Below are positions 52,039 through 61,447 of a DNA stretch of 64,000 nt, piece by piece. Numbering within the stretch: the first letter of the stretch is position 1; the number at the start of each line of letters is the position of its first letter. The translations under genes and the position numbers were made by a program. Source of the DNA: Nitrosopumilus sp. (GTDB taxonomy: Archaea > Thermoproteota > Nitrososphaeria > Nitrososphaerales > Nitrosopumilaceae); the NCBI GenBank assembly GCA_963667665.2, contig OY763927.2, positions 576,001 to 640,000 of the forward strand. Reading direction: 5' to 3'. The notes below the pieces were generated by a model. It had not been told where the DNA came from. It searched no databases and saw only the letters and a program-made list of their open reading frames with translations.

Positions 52039-52386
52039 TTAGACAGGAAGTATAACCTTGCCTTCAAATTTTACTATGCCATCTTCCTCAAATGCTTTTT
52101 CCAAATTCTCTTTTTGTTGTTTTGTTACTCCTTGAACTATAGTCTTAGAAGAACCAGTTTTATCAACTAGTGCAAGAATATATCCGCTATTATCAGTCAA
52201 AACAAAACCTGCTGATTCATCAACAAATGCATATAGATTTTCTTCCCCTACTGGCTTCCAAATATCAGAACTATTGGCAACTAATGCAAGTGCAGGCATT
52301 GCTTTACCATCAGTCAGTTTATTGAGATATTCTCTTGCCTCTGCAACCCTTTTTTGGCCTAGTTTTAATGCCTGGAAATATTGCAT
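52039..52386 (-). CDS. Conserved hypothetical protein
   Basis: 115-aa ORF with host-like composition. Confidence 0.7.
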   Translation of the reverse strand: MQYFQALKLGQKRVAEAREYLNKLTDGKAMPALALVANSSDIWKPVGEENLYAFVDESAGFVLTDNSGYILALVDKTGSSKTIVQGVTKQQKENLEKAFEEDGIVKFEGKVILPV

Positions 52387-52464
52387 ATTTTCAAAATAAT
52401 GTGGTTGTTATAAAAACAATTTCTCTTCAAAAGATTGTTATAGAATCTTAGATTTTTTGAATGT

Positions 52465-52758
52465 ATGCCTCTTACAAATAATGTAATAATCAAACTAAAT
52501 GAGATAACTACTATAGTTGAGGACAAGTCAAAAATATCTGAATCTGAAATTGATGAGATAAAATCTATCTTTAAAACTGTTGTTAAAACTGGTGAACGAT
52601 ATGATGTAGATGAAATTGAATTTTGGTTTTCAAATGAAGGTAGTTGGAAAAGTAAAAATTCTATAATCCGAATTGTAAATCTTTCAAATTACATTCAAGA
52701 CAAATATCAGCAAACAGCTCATCTTAGAGTTATTTCTGATGATGATTGTGGTTGTTGA
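52465..52758 (+). CDS. Conserved hypothetical protein
   Basis: 97-aa ORF ending DDCGC. Confidence 0.7.
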   Translation: MPLTNNVIIKLNEITTIVEDKSKISESEIDEIKSIFKTVVKTGERYDVDEIEFWFSNEGSWKSKNSIIRIVNLSNYIQDKYQQTAHLRVISDDDCGC

Positions 52759-52760
52759 GA

Positions 52761-52985
52761 CTAGATTTCTAACTGTTCTAATAATCTTCCAACAATTTTT
52801 GAATTCTCTGATCTTTCATTAAGAATTTCTTTAAGACGTGTTTCATTTTTTTTATCTTTTTTAATCATTTGAAAATATTCGTCATCCAGTTCATTATTTG
52901 CTTGAAGTCTTTTAATTACCTCAAACAAAATTCCTATGATTTGTTTTTGCGCATCAATTAACTCATCTTTACTTCTCTCAGACAT
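52761..52985 (-). CDS. Small coiled-coil hypothetical protein
   Basis: Directly downstream of the HD hydrolase gene. Confidence 0.65.
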   Translation of the reverse strand: MSERSKDELIDAQKQIIGILFEVIKRLQANNELDDEYFQMIKKDKKNETRLKEILNERSENSKIVGRLLEQLEI

Positions 52986-52992
52986 ATTTTTA

Positions 52993-53526
52993 CTACATAT
53001 CTTTGATAATCTTTGTAAATAATTCTTTTAATTTTGGATCAGTAATATCTATTCTTGTAGATTCAAAAAATGATTCAAGTTTGTCGTGAGAATGTCCATC
53101 TTTTTCATATATTTTAGCTTGTAGAACCATCTCTAGCTTATCAATTTGATGTACAATTTTTGATTCTGGAGAATTATTTTCTTGGTATTCTTTCCAAATT
53201 TGTAAATATTGTAATTTAATTAAATTTGGTAAATTTTTAATAATTTCATTAAATGCATTATTTTCTAGTTTCTTTTTTTCTTCCTTACTGAGTTCTTCAG
53301 GAGTGTGATCACCAATTCTTGATTCAGCTAAATCATGTAACAGAATCATTTTGATGATTTTTTCAGAATCATAGTTTTGTAAATCTGATATCACCATACC
53401 CATAATTGCCATTGAATAAGAATGGTCTGCAACAGATTCAGGGCAATCTAATGACAATTTATCTATCCATCCTTGTCTAGATATTTTTTTGAGATTAACT
53501 GCAGTTTTAAGAAAATCCAATATCAT
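52993..53526 (-). CDS. HD-domain hydrolase (YfbR/HDDC2-like)
   Basis: R.GW, ESVADHS, LLHDLAE and DKLE motifs. Confidence 0.9.
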   Translation of the reverse strand: MILDFLKTAVNLKKISRQGWIDKLSLDCPESVADHSYSMAIMGMVISDLQNYDSEKIIKMILLHDLAESRIGDHTPEELSKEEKKKLENNAFNEIIKNLPNLIKLQYLQIWKEYQENNSPESKIVHQIDKLEMVLQAKIYEKDGHSHDKLESFFESTRIDITDPKLKELFTKIIKDM

Positions 53527-53618
53527 TTTATCATAATTATGATGATGTTTTCTACTAATGAATTTTCATATTGTATAATTTCGAATAACATAATAGTTAA
53601 TTTTGATATAATACATTA

Positions 53619-54155
53619 ATGAAAATTTACACTAAAACTGGAGATAATGGGAATACGGATCTACAAAGAAATTTTAGAATAGCAAAATCTCACCCAAGAA
53701 TTATCTCATATGGAACAGTTGATGAAGTAAATGCAGCACTAGGATTAGTTTTAACAAATTCATTGGATAATGACATTACAAAAATTTTAACAGAAATTCA
53801 AAATGATCTATTTTTAGTTGGAGCAGATCTCTCAAATCCAAATCTGTCTGATGTAAAAAATAGAGTCACACTAGATATGGTTGAAAGATTGGAACAATAT
53901 ATTGACAAATTTGAATCAGAACTCCCTCCTTTAACAAATTTTATCTTACCAGGAGGGGGTATTGCTGCAGCACAATTACACTATGTTAGAACTGTTGTAA
54001 GGAGAGCTGAAACTCAAGTAGTTCAACTAAGTGAAAAAGATGAAATTAATTCAAATTGCATCAAATATCTCAACAGATTGTCTGATTTGTTTTTTGTAAT
54101 GGGCCGTCTAATCAATAAACGAAAAGACATAGATGACATTACATGGAAGATCTGA
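53619..54155 (+). CDS. pduO: PduO-type cob(I)alamin adenosyltransferase
   Basis: KIYTKTGD.G, FILPGG, RRAE and YLNRLSD motifs. Confidence 0.93.
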   Translation: MKIYTKTGDNGNTDLQRNFRIAKSHPRIISYGTVDEVNAALGLVLTNSLDNDITKILTEIQNDLFLVGADLSNPNLSDVKNRVTLDMVERLEQYIDKFESELPPLTNFILPGGGIAAAQLHYVRTVVRRAETQVVQLSEKDEINSNCIKYLNRLSDLFFVMGRLINKRKDIDDITWKI

Positions 54156-54198
54156 AAAGACAAACTTTAATTCCTCAACTAAATTCATTTTTCTAAGT

Positions 54199-54272
54199 GC
54201 CGTGGTAGCTCAGCCTGGGAGAGCACTCGGCTGAAGACCGGGCTGTCGCGCGTTCAAATCCCGCCCGCGGCA
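54199..54272 (+). tRNA. tRNA-Phe (GAA)
   Basis: Acceptor GCCGTGG/CCGCGGC, anticodon loop CTGAAGA, T-loop TTCAAAT. Confidence 0.93.
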
Positions 54273-54314
54273 CTGTACTATATTCAAATACTTTTTCTTT
54301 TCAATGATAAATAC

Positions 54315-54443
54315 ATGAATTATTGTAAAATTTGCAATTCAACAAAAGAGTTAGTCCAATTAGAAGCCAAAATTGATCTTTTTACCCCTCAAATTCAGGA
54401 TGGTTTTATTTGTCGAAAATGTCTTTCAAGTAAAAAGGGTTAA
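54315..54443 (+). CDS. 42-aa CxxC...CxxC zinc-finger microprotein (not in ORF track)
   Basis: MNYCKIC...FICRKC. Confidence 0.55.
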   Translation: MNYCKICNSTKELVQLEAKIDLFTPQIQDGFICRKCLSSKKG

Positions 54444-54624
54444 AAATTAACATCTGAATATCTAATCAACCATACTTTTGAATACAATGTAGTAAATTTG
54501 AAAATTAAGAGAATAAGAGTCCTTTTTCATAATTACATAATGTTAAGTAAAGATTTCACTTAATACATTTGGTTTTCATTTTATTCACTTTTCTTTAGAA
54601 ATAAAGAAAAGGTGGAAAACCAAC

Positions 54625-54957
54625 CTATGCGTCTATTAGATTGAAAAAATTTTTTCCAGATGCTGATTTCTCAGAGATACATTTGACAGGTCCTAAAGGA
54701 TTTCCGTTATTAACATCAATTCTAAGTTTTCCATTGTTGAATTTTTTCACAATTGCCACTCTTGTTGTGTAAAATTTATTGATTGAATTTCCTTCGATCT
54801 CAAATGTTTCTTTGGTAGTAATCTTTACTCCCTTTGTGACTTCATTACCTTGGGTATAATCTGAATCTTCGATAAAGGTAATTGTAAATGCTTTATCGTC
54901 AATTTTTGCCAAGCTTGCTGAATCGCCTATTGTTGCATAATCTGCTAATGTTGCTAT
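54625..54957 (-). CDS. Conserved hypothetical beta-rich protein, probable ATA start
   Basis: In-frame ATA at 54957, 6 nt after GGAGGTGA. Confidence 0.7.
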   Translation of the reverse strand: MATLADYATIGDSASLAKIDDKAFTITFIEDSDYTQGNEVTKGVKITTKETFEIEGNSINKFYTTRVAIVKKFNNGKLRIDVNNGNPLGPVKCISEKSASGKNFFNLIDA

Positions 54958-55227
54958 TTCTTATCACCTCCAATAGAATTCCTATTAATGAATAGGTGAT
55001 AAAGTGAACTTGGAGTAAATGATTGACTCAAGTGGCCACTATTTTCATTATTAATTATATATTCACATAATTTTTTAGAATAAATTTACTTATTTGAGCC
55101 AGAGATCATATGTAACTATGAAAATAATATATTTAATCGATCGATTATAATTTAATTTAAATAATTTCTATAAAAATAATTCTACATAATCTTTAAAAAC
55201 AAGGCAAACTCTTGTTTTTCGATATTC

Positions 55228-55479
55228 ATGGTTGAAAAAATGTCTACAAAAAAAAGTAGCGTGAAAAAACCCAAAACTAAGGCAAAAATTACAAAGACCA
55301 AAACTAGTAAAAATAAAGATAAATCAACAAAATCAAAGAGTAAAAAAACAAAGAATGAGTCATATAGTGATATGGGAATTGTCATAGTTGACGACGATAT
55401 AGAAATTGACAAGGAAAAAGTCAATGAAGAAAGAAGGGCTTATCTTGAAGAAGCAAGATCCCAAGAAGCATCAGACTAG
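55228..55479 (+). CDS. Lys-rich small protein
   Basis: Basic N-terminus, acidic C-terminus. Confidence 0.7.
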   Translation: MVEKMSTKKSSVKKPKTKAKITKTKTSKNKDKSTKSKSKKTKNESYSDMGIVIVDDDIEIDKEKVNEERRAYLEEARSQEASD

Positions 55480-55513
55480 GAATCTTTATCCGATCAGGTG
55501 ATGTATAGTACTT

Positions 55514-55753
55514 ATGCGTGCACTATGTTTGATAATGGTAAAACCTAGCAAAGTAGACGGAGTAGTTGAAATATTAAAGAAGAAACGTAGAGTTGTAAAA
55601 CAAGTTATGATTGTTGCTGGAAGAGCAGACATCAGTGTGCTTTTACAAGGAAATATTGAGGACATTAATCACATGGTAATTGATTTCAAAAAAATTAAAG
55701 ATATTGTTAATACTGAAACGCTAATTGAAGTAGAGGTAAATCTAGGTTGGTAA
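55514..55753 (+). CDS. Lrp/AsnC ligand-binding (RAM) domain protein
   Basis: V.GRAD..V and TET motifs. Confidence 0.75.
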   Translation: MRALCLIMVKPSKVDGVVEILKKKRRVVKQVMIVAGRADISVLLQGNIEDINHMVIDFKKIKDIVNTETLIEVEVNLGW

Positions 55754-55965
55754 GGGCAATAATTCTAGTAAAATCCCCAAAGAAACTCATAGCTGCTAGA
55801 CTACTAAAGATTCCCGCAATATCTAACTCTTTTCCAACTAGCGGACAATTTGATGCTGTTGCGGTAATTGATGTTGAACAACTAGTTCAGATTAAAGACG
55901 TGGCAAATCAGATTCAAAAAATTATTGGTGTAGAAAGGACTGAAACCATGGTTGAAGTTCAATGA
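55747..55965 (+). CDS. Lrp/AsnC ligand-binding (RAM) domain protein
   Basis: TSGQFDAVA and I.GV.RTET motifs. Confidence 0.8.
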   Translation: MVRAIILVKSPKKLIAARLLKIPAISNSFPTSGQFDAVAVIDVEQLVQIKDVANQIQKIIGVERTETMVEVQ

Positions 55966-55999
55966 CAATGGATTTAAAGAACTCAGAGGTAGCATTTCT

Positions 56000-56413
56000 G
56001 TGAACATCAAAAAAGTTGGAAATGTAATTTTAGCAGTTCAAGATATAGACAAATCCATAGAATTTTACAATGGAATCATAGGTCTTCCAATTAAAAGGCA
56101 AAGGAGATCATGGGTTGATTTGGGTACATCTGGTGCTTTATTGAGTTTACATCCAACATCCTTAACAGCAGAACATGTTGGTAGTTCTATTGATAATGGG
56201 ATCACCATAGGATTTCTTGTTGGAGATGTACAATCTGCAATTGATGAATTAAAAGAAAAAGGTGTCAAGATTCATCGTGATATTGTAGAAAAAGATGCAG
56301 GAAAAAATGCAATAATTTCAGATCCTGATGGGTATCTAATTTCTTTGTTTGAACCAATCTTTAATGATGAGGCTCAACAAACTGGCGGATATCAAGGATT
56401 TACACCAGCTTAG
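56000..56413 (+). CDS. VOC/glyoxalase-family protein
   Basis: V.DIDKS..FY..IGL and DPDGY motifs; GTG at 56000. Confidence 0.88.
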   Translation: MNIKKVGNVILAVQDIDKSIEFYNGIIGLPIKRQRRSWVDLGTSGALLSLHPTSLTAEHVGSSIDNGITIGFLVGDVQSAIDELKEKGVKIHRDIVEKDAGKNAIISDPDGYLISLFEPIFNDEAQQTGGYQGFTPA

Positions 56414-56802
56414 ATTATTTTTTTAATTGAAGCAATAATTTTTTCTATACCTTTTTCTTTTCTGTTAATTGAAACCCAGTATGTAATGTCATTTTTCTGC
56501 AAAACCACAATTGTTATTTTTTGATGTTGTAAAATCATATGTTCCAGTTTTCCAACAGCATTAGATGTATTTTTTCTTAACGACATCAAAGTAGAAATGA
56601 TAAAAAACTCATTTTTTATCTCTTCTGGTTTTAACAAAGGTTTTTGATTTGGCTGAATGATTCCAGATAAGGTTCTGCCATATACGTTAATAACACCAGC
56701 ATATCTAACACTATTTGATAATTTTAGAATATTTTGGCATTGTTTTCTATATTTTATTATAGTGTCTTTCCATTTTTCTGCTGGAGTTTTTGCCATATGC
56801 AA
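56410..56802 (-). CDS. Thaumarchaeal roadblock/profilin-like protein
   Basis: C..IL......RYAGVIN..G pattern. Confidence 0.65.
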   Translation of the reverse strand: MHMAKTPAEKWKDTIIKYRKQCQNILKLSNSVRYAGVINVYGRTLSGIIQPNQKPLLKPEEIKNEFFIISTLMSLRKNTSNAVGKLEHMILQHQKITIVVLQKNDITYWVSINRKEKGIEKIIASIKKII

Positions 56803-56872
56803 AATTGAATTTAGAAATTAATAAGGATTTGTACGTATTTTAAATTGAAAAACTAGAGTTTGAAAACTATTT

Positions 56873-57250
56873 TTAATTGTGTTTAGGTGTTGATTCTTTT
56901 TCTAATTTTTTCTTTAAATTCAAATTCTCTTTTAATAATTTGTCATTTTCTGCTTGAAGTGTTTGAACTGAATTTTGTCTAGTATACAGCGGATGTCCAG
57001 GTGGAATGATTGTAGAATTCATCGATACCAATCCAGATGCATATTGTTGGTACATCTGTTGAAATCCTTGAAGTTTTTGATTAATAGTATCAAGTTCTTG
57101 AGAAAATTGCTCTTTCATAGGTGTTTCATAAATTTTGAACATTGGATGAGTTAATCCTGGGGGTAGTCTAGGAAATTGTAATGCTAAATGAGGGATATTT
57201 GGATTTAATCCATAAAGGTCCTGTAAATGTTTGATTGCTGAATTATCCAT
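56873..57250 (-). CDS. Hypothetical coiled-coil protein
   Basis: PPGHPLY followed by a coiled coil. Confidence 0.65.
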   Translation of the reverse strand: MDNSAIKHLQDLYGLNPNIPHLALQFPRLPPGLTHPMFKIYETPMKEQFSQELDTINQKLQGFQQMYQQYASGLVSMNSTIIPPGHPLYTRQNSVQTLQAENDKLLKENLNLKKKLEKESTPKHN

Positions 57251-57387
57251 AAAATTGGTCCATGTTTGCCATATTTCTGCATTGCTTTAGGCATTTGATA
57301 TACTGTTTAGTAAAATCTCAGTCACCTTTGCTTAATTTGAGCTGATCGCTGATCCTTATAGATTCATGATTTAGATCGCTGATACAC

Positions 57388-57534
57388 ATGGCCGGAACAA
57401 AAAAGACATGTCTAAAATGTAAAAAAGACATCAAAGAAAAAGATCTTCATAAGATTGTAATCTATATTGTTCAAGAAAAATTTTCTGAACATCATTATGA
57501 ACATGTTGAATGTCCAGACAGATTTACAGTATGA
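57388..57534 (+). CDS. 48-aa CxxC...HxxC microprotein (not in ORF track)
   Basis: MAGTKKTCLKC...YEHVECP. Confidence 0.65.
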   Translation: MAGTKKTCLKCKKDIKEKDLHKIVIYIVQEKFSEHHYEHVECPDRFTV

Positions 57535-57553
57535 TAATTTATTTTCTAAACCA

Positions 57554-58330
57554 TTATCCTTTGTAACCATACACTTTGTAAATTTCACCAGTTAACCTAG
57601 AACGGTATTTCCACTCATTATCTTTCCAAATTATTTGATTAAATTCTTTTTGTGAATTCTGTGATATTCTTTGAAATACATCATCCCCAATCAAAATTTG
57701 GTTAGGTTTTGCTGTATTTTGAATTTTTGCAGCAATATTCATTGCGGGACCCATTAAATCCACATGAGAATGTTCCATATCTGCCCCATATCGAACTATA
57801 ATATTTTGGCCAAAGTCAACTCCAATCTTTACCATCAAATCTGAATAGTCATACTGATTTAGAATTGGATTAATTCCTTTTTGAATTACTGTGAGCATTG
57901 ATTTTGCACAATTTACTGCATCATCTGCTGCTTCTGTTTCGTAAATTTTATCTTCATCTGAAACAAAATATCCAATTACCGCATCTCCAACAAATTTTAG
58001 TACGTATCCATGATGTTGTCTAATTACTGTAGCCATTTCTTGTGAAAATGAACTTATAATTATTGCAATTTTTTCTGCAGGCATTTCCAACGTCATTGTA
58101 GTTGAACCAACCAAATCAACATAAAGTACAACCATATCTAATTTTGAAAATACATGTTTTCTTAGAAATTGATCTGACTCATCAACTACACCTGAATATT
58201 CATAACCTTTTTTGAGTGCCCCCCAAACTCTTTTCTGTGTTTCCAAGATCATTGATTCAGAATCAAGAATCTGTCGTTTATTTTTAGAAACCTCGGATTC
58301 TTTTTTTAATCCATTTTTATCTTCAGTCAT
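57554..58330 (-). CDS. Class III adenylate/guanylate cyclase
   Basis: YVDLVGST, KFVGDAV and NIAAKIQ motifs. Confidence 0.92.
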   Translation of the reverse strand: MTEDKNGLKKESEVSKNKRQILDSESMILETQKRVWGALKKGYEYSGVVDESDQFLRKHVFSKLDMVVLYVDLVGSTTMTLEMPAEKIAIIISSFSQEMATVIRQHHGYVLKFVGDAVIGYFVSDEDKIYETEAADDAVNCAKSMLTVIQKGINPILNQYDYSDLMVKIGVDFGQNIIVRYGADMEHSHVDLMGPAMNIAAKIQNTAKPNQILIGDDVFQRISQNSQKEFNQIIWKDNEWKYRSRLTGEIYKVYGYKG

Positions 58331-58339
58331 ATCATGTCC

Positions 58340-58462
58340 TCATTCTAAAGGAAAATCCACTCCACAGTTAGGGCATTTACCTCTATTCCCCTTGTATCCA
58401 TCATGATAATACTCTGTAATCTCGATGTTGCAATTATAGCAAGTAATTTTAGAATCTCCCAT
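58340..58462 (-). CDS. 40-aa zinc-ribbon microprotein (not in ORF track)
   Basis: CYNC...GKCPNCGVDFPLE; ends 9 bp before the cyclase start. Confidence 0.65.
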   Translation of the reverse strand: MGDSKITCYNCNIEITEYYHDGYKGNRGKCPNCGVDFPLE

Positions 58463-58521
58463 GCCTAAAATTATGATTTTGTATATTTAGAGATTGATGA
58501 AGGTTTAAGGAGTACAATAAT

Positions 58522-59373
58522 TTGCTATTTCTTGTGCGCCTAGGCTTAAGAAACCCCAATGAATTCATACAGAAATTAAATGAAAAAAACGAAGTAATTC
58601 AAAAAAAATTTCTTACGAAGATGGCCGATCTTACAAAAATGATTGATATCAAAGTGATGATGGGGGATTCTACCATAACAGAGCAAAAAACATTTGATCC
58701 ACAACAAGTAACTGACTATTTTCAAAAAATTAATCACAATCTCAAAGATTGGTCTTTACAAGATGTATCAATTACTAACAATGAAGACCTTAGAAGAATT
58801 TTTACAAAATTTGAAATTATGGAAGGAAATTATTTAATTTCAGGACATTTATCATTACAATTTCATGTGTTATTGTATTACAAACCAGAACAACGTGTAC
58901 TTGACTGCCAAAAAGAATTATCAGAGATTGTTGATTTAACAAAAAATAAAGAACAGCAAATTTCAGATAATAGTGATCAAGTTGTTTTAAACAAACTCAA
59001 GGAGATGGGATACAAGGACTTTGATCATCAAAAATTATTTGAAATATTTTATGAAAATGATGAATTTAGAGAAAAAGTTTATGCAGAGATAGAAAAAGAT
59101 GCTGGAGTTAACTTTCAAGAACTATCTGAAAAAAAGACAAAATTATTTAACGAACTTGATTCTCTTTTAATTGAAACATATCAAACAAGTTCTATACTAA
59201 TTGATGATAATAGATTAATTGCGGGTGAAGAAGGATGTTTATGCACAATTGATTTAGAATTTGTAAAAAATAATAACAGAGAAGGTTTGTTTGATCCAAG
59301 AAAAATATCTGATTCAGTTCAAGAAAATATTTTAAAACGCTTAGATGAATTTGAAAATATTATTAATTCATAA
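58522..59373 (+). CDS. Conserved hypothetical protein
   Basis: 283-aa ORF with host-like composition. Confidence 0.75.
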   Translation: MLFLVRLGLRNPNEFIQKLNEKNEVIQKKFLTKMADLTKMIDIKVMMGDSTITEQKTFDPQQVTDYFQKINHNLKDWSLQDVSITNNEDLRRIFTKFEIMEGNYLISGHLSLQFHVLLYYKPEQRVLDCQKELSEIVDLTKNKEQQISDNSDQVVLNKLKEMGYKDFDHQKLFEIFYENDEFREKVYAEIEKDAGVNFQELSEKKTKLFNELDSLLIETYQTSSILIDDNRLIAGEEGCLCTIDLEFVKNNNREGLFDPRKISDSVQENILKRLDEFENIINS

Positions 59374-59555
59374 ACTAAAACCAAGGAACCGGAGAATGAG
59401 AAATTTTCTCAAAGGGGAGATCCGATCCCTTGATATATTTTCAACGTTATTCTTGAACTATTTAGGCATTCCTACATATTTAGGCACATAATTTGAGAAA
59501 AGTTACAATTTTTGTATAGAAGAAGTCAAATACATCGTTATTAGCAACATTTCCA

Positions 59556-60764
59556 ATGAACCCATCATATGATGAAATACTAAAAGCAAATTCAATGAGA
59601 GGAGATGATATAAAAAAAACCCCATTAATTTATTCACCAGTATTTAGTGAGATTACCGATTCTCAAGTTTATCTAAAAGCAGAATTTAGACAAAGAACTG
59701 GTTCATTTAAAATTCGTGGAGCATACTATAAAATCAAATCATTATCTGAGGAAGAGAAAAAACATGGTGTAGTTGCAGCATCTGCAGGGAATCATGCTCA
59801 AGGAATGGCATTTGCATCGTCATTAGAAAAAATCTCTTGTACTATTGTAATGCCAAAAAATGCATCTCCAGCAAAAGTAGCTGCAACTCGAGGATATGGA
59901 GCAAATGTGGTCTTGGAAGGAATAAACTATGATGAATCATTTGCAAAGGCAAAAGAAATTGCTAAAGAAACAGGAGCTACAATGATCCATGCTTTTGATG
60001 ATCCGCAAATTATCGCAGCTCATGGAGTTATAGGATTAGAGATATTAGATGATCTTCCAGATGTAGATGAAATTTATGTGCCAATAGGTGGAGGCGGATT
60101 AGCTGCTGGAACTTTAATTGCAATTAAAGAAAAAAATCCAAACATCAAAGTAGTGGGTGTTCAATCAAGATCATTTCCATCAATGTATGAATCTGTAAAA
60201 CAAGGTTCTTTGACTGAAAGTGGAGGTGTAAGAACAATTGCAGATGGAATTTCTGTAAAAACCCCTGGGCAATTGACATTTAATATTATTAACGAACTCA
60301 TAGATGAAATTGTTCTTGTAGATGATATGGAAATCACAAAAGCAATGTTTCTTCTTATGGAAAGAATGAAGTTTGTTGTAGAGCCCGCTGGTGCTGCAAG
60401 TTTAGCATATTTGATATCCAAAAAACCGGCTCCTGGAAAGAAAGTTGTTGCAATTCTAGCGGGAGGAAATGTGGATATGTACCTTTTAGGTCAGATTGTA
60501 GACAAGGGTCTTGCCGCAATGGGTCGTTTGCTTAAACTATCAATATTGTTGCCTGATAGACCAGGTGCATTCAAAGAAATTGTTGATGAGATAACTCTAG
60601 CAAATGTAAACATTGTAGAAGTAGTTCATGACAGACTAAGCTCCAACATCAATGCTGGCTCAGCTGGAGTAACATTGAGTCTTGAAACTCAGGGAAAAGA
60701 ACAAGCAGATCTGTTAATTGATGCACTAAAAAAGAAGAATATTCAATTCACTTTATTGACTTAG
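59556..60764 (+). CDS. ilvA: Threonine ammonia-lyase with C-terminal ACT domain
   Basis: GSFKIRGA, SAGNHAQG, GGGGL and DRPG motifs. Confidence 0.95.
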   Translation: MNPSYDEILKANSMRGDDIKKTPLIYSPVFSEITDSQVYLKAEFRQRTGSFKIRGAYYKIKSLSEEEKKHGVVAASAGNHAQGMAFASSLEKISCTIVMPKNASPAKVAATRGYGANVVLEGINYDESFAKAKEIAKETGATMIHAFDDPQIIAAHGVIGLEILDDLPDVDEIYVPIGGGGLAAGTLIAIKEKNPNIKVVGVQSRSFPSMYESVKQGSLTESGGVRTIADGISVKTPGQLTFNIINELIDEIVLVDDMEITKAMFLLMERMKFVVEPAGAASLAYLISKKPAPGKKVVAILAGGNVDMYLLGQIVDKGLAAMGRLLKLSILLPDRPGAFKEIVDEITLANVNIVEVVHDRLSSNINAGSAGVTLSLETQGKEQADLLIDALKKKNIQFTLLT

Positions 60765-60765
60765 A

Positions 60766-61341
60766 TCATTTGAATTTTTTTTTAGCAAATTTAGATAGGC
60801 CTTGTTTCTTTAATTGCTCTGATTCTTTCATGACTGAATTATGTTGATCAGATTTGTGTTTTTTTAATCTCTTTTTTAAATCAGGAAATTCATTTGCGAG
60901 AATTTTCATTGCATAAATTGCAGCATTACCAGCTTTATTGATTCCAACAGATACAACCGGTGAACCTGATGGCATCTCTGTGATTGATAATAATGAATCC
61001 AATCCACCAAATGCAGAAAATTTTGAAGTATCAGTTTTTTTTGTGTGTTTGTCATTGTAAACTAGTATAGGCACACCGATAACAGGGATGATGGTATGTG
61101 AAGCAATCATTCCAGGTAAATGTGCTGCACCACCAGCTCCTGCGATTATTATTTTAAATCCCATTTTTTCAGCATGTTTTGCATATTCATCTAATCTAGC
61201 TGGAGTTCTATGTGCAGAAACAATTTGATCTTCATGTTTAATTTTAAATTCATCTAATATTTCAGATGCACCTTGCATAATTCTACTATCTGAGCTAGAC
61301 CCCATAATGATTCCAATAAGAGGTTTTTTTGAATATGTCAT
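60766..61341 (-). CDS. purE: N5-CAIR mutase
   Basis: IMGS.SD, SAHRTP and AGGAAHLPGM motifs. Confidence 0.96.
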   Translation of the reverse strand: MTYSKKPLIGIIMGSSSDSRIMQGASEILDEFKIKHEDQIVSAHRTPARLDEYAKHAEKMGFKIIIAGAGGAAHLPGMIASHTIIPVIGVPILVYNDKHTKKTDTSKFSAFGGLDSLLSITEMPSGSPVVSVGINKAGNAAIYAMKILANEFPDLKKRLKKHKSDQHNSVMKESEQLKKQGLSKFAKKKFK

Positions 61342-61447
61342 AATATTAGAAAAAACTAGTGAGTAATTAATGATAACTGTTACGAAAAAGCCAACAATAT
61401 TGTTCAAATCAACATTAGCTATTTTTACCCCATTTCAGTTGATGAGT

